Source of the DNA: Bacillota bacterium
Lineage (GTDB): Bacteria > Bacillota > Sulfobacillia > JAJZYS01 > JAJYTV01
Length of the DNA stretch: 64,000 nucleotides
Direction: 5' to 3'
Assembly: GCA_021847575.1 (NCBI GenBank)
Contig: JAJZQO010000007.1
Coordinates: forward strand, 430-64,429
This document shows positions 59,190-64,000 of this stretch, piece after piece; within the stretch, counting starts at the first letter, position 1; every line of letters begins with the position of its first letter. A program made the translations under genes and the position numbers. The notes beneath the pieces were generated by a model. The model worked only from the letters and a program-made list of their open reading frames with translations, was not told the DNA's origin and made no database searches.

Positions 59190-60046
59190 CAGGCGTAGTC
59201 GTAGAAGCCGGCGCCCGACTTGCGGCCCATGCGGCCCGCCCGCACCAGCTGGTGCAGCAGAAGCGGCGGCTTGTAGGCCGGGTCGCCGAATTCCCGGTAG
59301 AAGTAGTCCATCACGGCATAGCAGACGTCGACGCCAGTGAAGTCGAGCAGCGTGAACGGCCCCATCGGGTGGTTGAGCCCGAGCTTCACCGCCGTGTCGA
59401 CATCCTCGACGCTCGCGACGCCCTCCTCGACCACCTTGCACGCCTCGGCCAGGAAGGGCATCAGCACGCGGTTGACGACGAACCCCGGCTGGTCCTTCTG
59501 CACGGCGATCGGCGTCTTGCCGAGCTCCCGCGCGAAGGCCTGCGCTTCGGCCATCGTCTCGTCGCTCGTGTTGTAGCCGCGCACCACCTCGACCAGTTTC
59601 ATCACCTGCGCCGGGTTGAAGAAGTGCAGGCCGCAGGTGCGCTCGGGGCGCCCTGTCACACGGCCGATCTCGGTGATGGACATCGACGAGGTGTTGGTCG
59701 CGAGCACGACGCCTGGTCGGACCACCTCGTCCAGGCGGCGGAAGATCGCCTTCTTCGCCTCGAGATCCTCGTAGATCGCCTCGACGCAGAAGTCCGCCTG
59801 GGCGAGGGCGTCCAGGTCGGCCTCGAAGGACAGGCGCCGGAAGGTCTCTTCGGCCGCCTCTTCCGTCAGGCGGCCCTTGGCGATCGAGCGCCGGTCGATC
59901 TCGCGGATGTAGTCCTCGGCCCTTTGCCGCTGCCGTCCGTCCGTCTCGACGACCAGCACCCTGAGTCCCGACTGCGCCGCGACATGCGCGATGCCCGATC
60001 CCATGGTGCCCGCACCGACAACGCCCAGCGTCCTCACGTCCGCCAT
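59189..60046 (-). CDS. hbd: 3-hydroxybutyryl/3-hydroxyacyl-CoA dehydrogenase
   Basis: GAGTMGSGIA, NTSS, GLHFFNP, PGFVVNR, HPMGP. Confidence 0.88.
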   Translation of the reverse strand: MADVRTLGVVGAGTMGSGIAHVAAQSGLRVLVVETDGRQRQRAEDYIREIDRRSIAKGRLTEEAAEETFRRLSFEADLDALAQADFCVEAIYEDLEAKKAIFRRLDEVVRPGVVLATNTSSMSITEIGRVTGRPERTCGLHFFNPAQVMKLVEVVRGYNTSDETMAEAQAFARELGKTPIAVQKDQPGFVVNRVLMPFLAEACKVVEEGVASVEDVDTAVKLGLNHPMGPFTLLDFTGVDVCYAVMDYFYREFGDPAYKPPLLLHQLVRAGRMGRKSGAGFYDYA

Positions 60047-60062
60047 ATCGCCGCCTCCCCGC

Positions 60063-61232
60063 TCACTCGCGTTCGATCGCCATGGCGATGCCCTGGCCGC
60101 CGCCGATGCAGAGCGCCGCAACGCCGCGCCTGAGACCCTGGCGCCGCAACTGGTAGCCGAGCGTCAGCAGCAGCCTGGCGCCGCTCGCCCCGACCGGGTG
60201 GCCGAGCGCGATCGCGCCGCCCTGCACGTTCGTGCGCTCGCGCGGCAGCGAAAGCGCCTGCTCCACCGCAAGGTACTGGGCCGCAAACGCCTCGTTGACC
60301 TCGAAGAGGTCGACATCGCCAAGCTTCCAGCCTGCCATGTCGAGGGCCTTCTCGATCGCCGCGACGGGCCCGATGCCCATATAGCGCGGGTCGACGCCGA
60401 CCGAGGCGTAGCCCGCGATGCGCCCAAGGGGTGCCTGGCCGAGGCTGCGGAGCGTCACCGCCCCCGCCACCACCACCGCGGCGGCGCCGTCGTTGATGCC
60501 CGACGCGTTCCCGGCCGTCACGGTGCCATTCTGGCGGAAGCGCGCCGGGAGCTTCGCGAGCTTCTCGAGGCTCGTCTCCCGCGGGTGCTCGTCCTGCACC
60601 ACGTCGCCCTTCTTGGTCGGGACCGCGACGATCTCCTCGGCCATCAGGCCATCCGCCTGCGCCTTGCGGGCGCGTTCGTGGCTCAGCAGGCTGAAGGCGT
60701 CCTGCGCCTCGCGGGAGATCTCGTGGCGCTCGGCGAGGTTCTCCGCCGTATCGGCCATCGCACAGCCGCAGTAGTCGTCGGTCAGGGTGTCCCAGAGCGC
60801 GTCCAGCACCTGCGCGCCGCCAAGCCCCCAGCCGAAGCGCACACCCTGCAGTTGGTAGGGCGCGTTCGACATCGACTCCGTGCCGCCCGCCAGCACCGCC
60901 TGGGCCTCGCCCAGCACGATCGCCTTGTAGGCCTGCACGGCCGCTTCGAGCCCGCTGCCGCAGAGCCTGTTCACGGTGAGCGCGGGCACGCGCTCGCCGA
61001 GGCCGCTTCTGAGGGCCACGTGGCGGGCGAGATAGGCGGCGCCGCGTCCGCCCTGGATCACATTGCCGAAGAAGCAGGCGTCGAGCGCGTCGGGGCCGAT
61101 GCCGCTGCGCGCGATCGCGCCTTTGGCGGCGTATACGCCGAGCTCGAGCGCAGACACATCCTTCAGTCCACCGCCGAAACCGCCGAAGGCCGTGCGGGCA
61201 CCCTCGACCACGTAAACCTCAGGTCCGGACAT
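60063..61232 (-). CDS. Acetyl-CoA C-acyltransferase (classical thiolase)
   Basis: NRLCGSG, NEAFA, GHPVGASG, LCIGGGQG. Confidence 0.9.
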   Translation of the reverse strand: MSGPEVYVVEGARTAFGGFGGGLKDVSALELGVYAAKGAIARSGIGPDALDACFFGNVIQGGRGAAYLARHVALRSGLGERVPALTVNRLCGSGLEAAVQAYKAIVLGEAQAVLAGGTESMSNAPYQLQGVRFGWGLGGAQVLDALWDTLTDDYCGCAMADTAENLAERHEISREAQDAFSLLSHERARKAQADGLMAEEIVAVPTKKGDVVQDEHPRETSLEKLAKLPARFRQNGTVTAGNASGINDGAAAVVVAGAVTLRSLGQAPLGRIAGYASVGVDPRYMGIGPVAAIEKALDMAGWKLGDVDLFEVNEAFAAQYLAVEQALSLPRERTNVQGGAIALGHPVGASGARLLLTLGYQLRRQGLRRGVAALCIGGGQGIAMAIERE

Positions 61233-61717
61233 CAGTCCGCCTCCTCCATGCGATGCTTCTCGCGCAGCTTGAGGCGCTCCTCGCGGCGCTCTCCGGCCTG
61301 ACGGAAGCGCAGGCGCTCCTCGTCGCTCTCGAGTTCGAGGCGCGATACCTCCTTCGGCCGACCCGCCTCGTCCACGGCCACCATGGTCAGGAAGGCCGTC
61401 GACGTGCGGCGCCGCTCCCCAGTCCGGAGGTTCTCCGCGAGGACCTCGACTTGCGCCTCCATCGAGCTGCGGCCGACCCAGTTGAGCCAGGAGCGCACGA
61501 CGATGGCCTCACCCACGTGGACAGGGGCCCGGAACTCCAGGCTGTCCGCGGATGCTGTCACCACGTTGCAGCGCGCATGGCGCAAGCAGGTGATCGAAGC
61601 CGCGATATCCATGAGCTGCATGACGCGGCCGCCGAAGATCGTGCCGAGCGGATTCGCGTCGTTCGGCATCACGATCTCGGTCATTTCCACGCGGGAATCC
61701 GCTACACGCCTCGCCAA
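61232..61717 (-). CDS. Acyl-CoA thioesterase (YciA/hotdog)
   Basis: PNDANPLGTIFGG..MD, VGRSSME, TMVAVD. Confidence 0.88.
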   Translation of the reverse strand: MARRVADSRVEMTEIVMPNDANPLGTIFGGRVMQLMDIAASITCLRHARCNVVTASADSLEFRAPVHVGEAIVVRSWLNWVGRSSMEAQVEVLAENLRTGERRRTSTAFLTMVAVDEAGRPKEVSRLELESDEERLRFRQAGERREERLKLREKHRMEEAD

Positions 61718-61849
61718 TATACCACCACCACACAGAACCTACCGCGTCGCGTGGGTGAACACAAGCCGAGGTGCGGCATGCGGCAGTCCGCCCGGAATCG
61801 ACGCGAAACGCCCGTGCCAAGTGGTAGGATCGGGTTGGAGGGATGCGTC

Positions 61850-62479
61850 ATGTCGGACGGGCGCCTGCCTGAGCGACTGGCAGAGGTGATCGCGCAGCGC
61901 TACTGCACCGCTGCCGACCTTCCCCTGCCCTCCGAGCGGCGGCTTGCGGCAGATCTCGGCGCCAGCCGCGCCATGGTGCGCGAGGCTTTGGCGATCCTGC
62001 GCGCGCAGGGCCTCATCCGCGGCGAGGGAGGCCATCCCGCCGTGACGGCCGCTGCCGAACCCAGGCCCAGGGCGCCGATCGTCGACCGCCTGAGCTTCCT
62101 CGAGGCCCGCAGCGTGCTCGAGGGCGAGATCGCCGCGCTGGCCGCCATGCGGGCCGGGCCCGATGGCCACGCGGAGCTGCGCGAGCATCTGCGCCGCCTG
62201 TTCGCGGCGGATACGCCCGAGGCGGCCTGGCAGGCCGAGGCCGACCTGCACAGGGCCTTGCTCAGGGCGGCGGGCAACCCCCTGCTCGAAAGCCTCTGCC
62301 TGCCCCTGATCGAGTCCACCTACCAGCAGTCGCCGCAGGCGTCGGGCCCCGAGCGGTTGCGCGCCCACCAGCGCCTGATCGCCGCGATCGGCCGTCAGCA
62401 GCCCCAGCTCGCCCGCGACCTCCTGCTCGAGCTTTTCAGCCTGCGCGAGCTGTCGCCCAGCGCTACAAGTAGCGATTGA
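61850..62479 (+). CDS. GntR/FadR family regulator
   Basis: LPSERRLA..LGASR..VREAL, EAR..LE, H......GNP. Confidence 0.82.
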   Translation: MSDGRLPERLAEVIAQRYCTAADLPLPSERRLAADLGASRAMVREALAILRAQGLIRGEGGHPAVTAAAEPRPRAPIVDRLSFLEARSVLEGEIAALAAMRAGPDGHAELREHLRRLFAADTPEAAWQAEADLHRALLRAAGNPLLESLCLPLIESTYQQSPQASGPERLRAHQRLIAAIGRQQPQLARDLLLELFSLRELSPSATSSD

Positions 62480-64000
62480 ACCAGTCCAGGATGGCCCGGT
62501 AACGGTGCACCCTGTGCCACGGTTTGCCTGTGCGGCTCATGCCGTGGCTCTCGCCTGGGTAGCGCAGCATCTCCACCCTGCGGCCGAGCAGCCTGAGCGC
62601 CGTGAAAAGCTGCTCGCCCTGCTCGATCGGCAGGCGCATGTCCTGCTCCTGATGTTCGATCAGGAGCGGCGTGCGGATCTCCGAGGCATACGTCAACGGG
62701 GACTGCTGCAGGTATGGCGAGGGATCCTCCCACCAGAGCGGACCGTACTGCGGCACGCGCTCGAAGCCGACGTCCGCCGAACCCATCGCGCTCATCCGGT
62801 TGACGACCGAGCGCATCGTCACCGCCGCCCGAAAGCGCCTCGAGTGGGATATCGCCCAATTCACCATGAAGCCGCCGTAGCTGCCGCCGGCGATGCCGAG
62901 GCGCAGGGGCGAAAGCTGCGGGAAACGGATCAAGGCCTCGTCGATGGCTGCCATGACGTCCTTGAAGTCCTTGTCGCCCCAGCGCCCGACGATGGCGTTG
63001 CAGAACGCCTCGCCGTAGCCCTGGCTGCCGCGCGGGTTGGTGAAAAGCACCGCGTAGCCCGCGGCGCGCAACAGCTGGAACTCGAGATGCAGTCTCATGC
63101 CGTACATGCTCATCGGCCCGCCGTGCACCTCGACGACGAGGGGCAGCTGGCCGCTGGAGCCATCCGGCAGCAGGAGCCAGCAGTCGAGCTCGGGCCCGCC
63201 GTCCGCCCGCGCGGTGAAGTGCCGCGGCTCCCGCACCTGCCGCACGAGGCTCTCGGGCAGGCTGCCGGAGATCAGCTCCCGCTCCCCCGCCGCGTCGACG
63301 ATGGCGATGGCGGACGCGCGGCGGAAGTCCGCGTAGGCGATCGCGAAGCCTCGCGCGGGATGGTGGTCGAAGGCGAAGATGACGCGGTCGCCCTGGAGCA
63401 CAGGCCGGCAATCGTCGTCGCTGATCTGCCAGATTCCGACGCGCCCCTCGTCGGAAACCTGCGCGTAGACGCCGCCGCCGCGGGCGACAAGGCTCAATTC
63501 CGAAGATGCGCCGATATCGCTGCCGCTCTGGTCGCCCAGAGAGCGGTCCAGACGGCGCGAGATGCAGCGCGCCCCGTCCCCCTCGCGCCAGGCGTAGAGG
63601 CGCGTCTGGCCGTAGCCGAGGTCGACCGGGTCGTCCGCGGCGAAGTAGACGGCCTCGCCGTCCTCCGCGAAGGCCAGGGACACGATGCCGAGGCGTCCGT
63701 CCGTCAGCCGGCGCGCACCGCGCAGGCCGAGATCGTAGAGGTAGATGTCCTGCAGGCCCGGCCGCCGCTCGGCGTCGGGCCTGCGATAGGAGAGAAAGGC
63801 GATGCGGGAGCCGTCCGGCGACGCGACCGGATGCAGGCAATCGTACTCCCCGCTCTGCAGGACTTCGATCGCCCCGCCGCACACGTCCAGGAGGGCGAGC
63901 GCACGCCGCGTCTCGGGGAAGAACCCCTCGCCGTCCAGCTTGTGGTAGAGGGACGTGACGCGACGCACGTCCGCATTGAAGCGCGTGTAGGGATCGTCGC
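62463..64000 (-). CDS. S9 family peptidase (acylaminoacyl peptidase-like), 5' end outside window
   Basis: HGGP, NPRGS.GYG, GGSYGG, D.R.P..Q, H in ESHG. Confidence 0.9.
   Translation of the reverse strand, partial: DDPYTRFNADVRRVTSLYHKLDGEGFFPETRRALALLDVCGGAIEVLQSGEYDCLHPVASPDGSRIAFLSYRRPDAERRPGLQDIYLYDLGLRGARRLTDGRLGIVSLAFAEDGEAVYFAADDPVDLGYGQTRLYAWREGDGARCISRRLDRSLGDQSGSDIGASSELSLVARGGGVYAQVSDEGRVGIWQISDDDCRPVLQGDRVIFAFDHHPARGFAIAYADFRRASAIAIVDAAGERELISGSLPESLVRQVREPRHFTARADGGPELDCWLLLPDGSSGQLPLVVEVHGGPMSMYGMRLHLEFQLLRAAGYAVLFTNPRGSQGYGEAFCNAIVGRWGDKDFKDVMAAIDEALIRFPQLSPLRLGIAGGSYGGFMVNWAISHSRRFRAAVTMRSVVNRMSAMGSADVGFERVPQYGPLWWEDPSPYLQQSPLTYASEIRTPLLIEHQEQDMRLPIEQGEQLFTALRLLGRRVEMLRYPGESHGMSRTGKPWHRVHRYRAILDWFNRYL

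Noticed and set aside
1-64000. CRISPR arrays, tRNA/rRNA, integrases, transposases, phage or defence genes
   Set aside because: None recognised by eye; short or degenerate elements could have been missed

Overview
High-GC window from a probable endospore-forming bacterium (Bacillota-like; inferred from a gerA-type operon, a GH18 spore hydrolase and RqcH). 1-9.8 kb holds housekeeping genes, including a glutaredoxin-like gene with an in-frame UGA (UxxC) and a SECIS-like hairpin that the ORF track misses. About 10.4-16.5 kb is a visibly AT-richer insert with a damaged lipoprotein gene and a gerABC operon. 16.6-58.2 kb is a ~41 kb anaerobic aromatic-catabolism supercluster bracketed by two paralogous amidohydrolases. 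It has three parts: (i) a ~23 kb minus-strand operon (hcrCAB-like, leuCD-like, paaK, leuA-like, iorA, iorB-ferredoxin fusion, korABC, CoA transferase, hydratase, SDR, DUF35/thiolase, prpF, MFS, Fd-NADP reductase, benzoate-CoA ligase); (ii) hemerythrin, PAS-LuxR and a Liv-type ABC importer; (iii) a plus-strand tetR-dch-oah-had-bcrCBAD-fdx operon followed by paaX. Best novelty candidate (inference): operon (i) reads as a complete, apparently undescribed route from (hydroxy)phenylacetate/arylpyruvate via benzylmalate, benzylmaleate and phenylitaconate to benzoyl-CoA + succinyl-CoA. All calls come from motif recognition by eye; no database searches were run.
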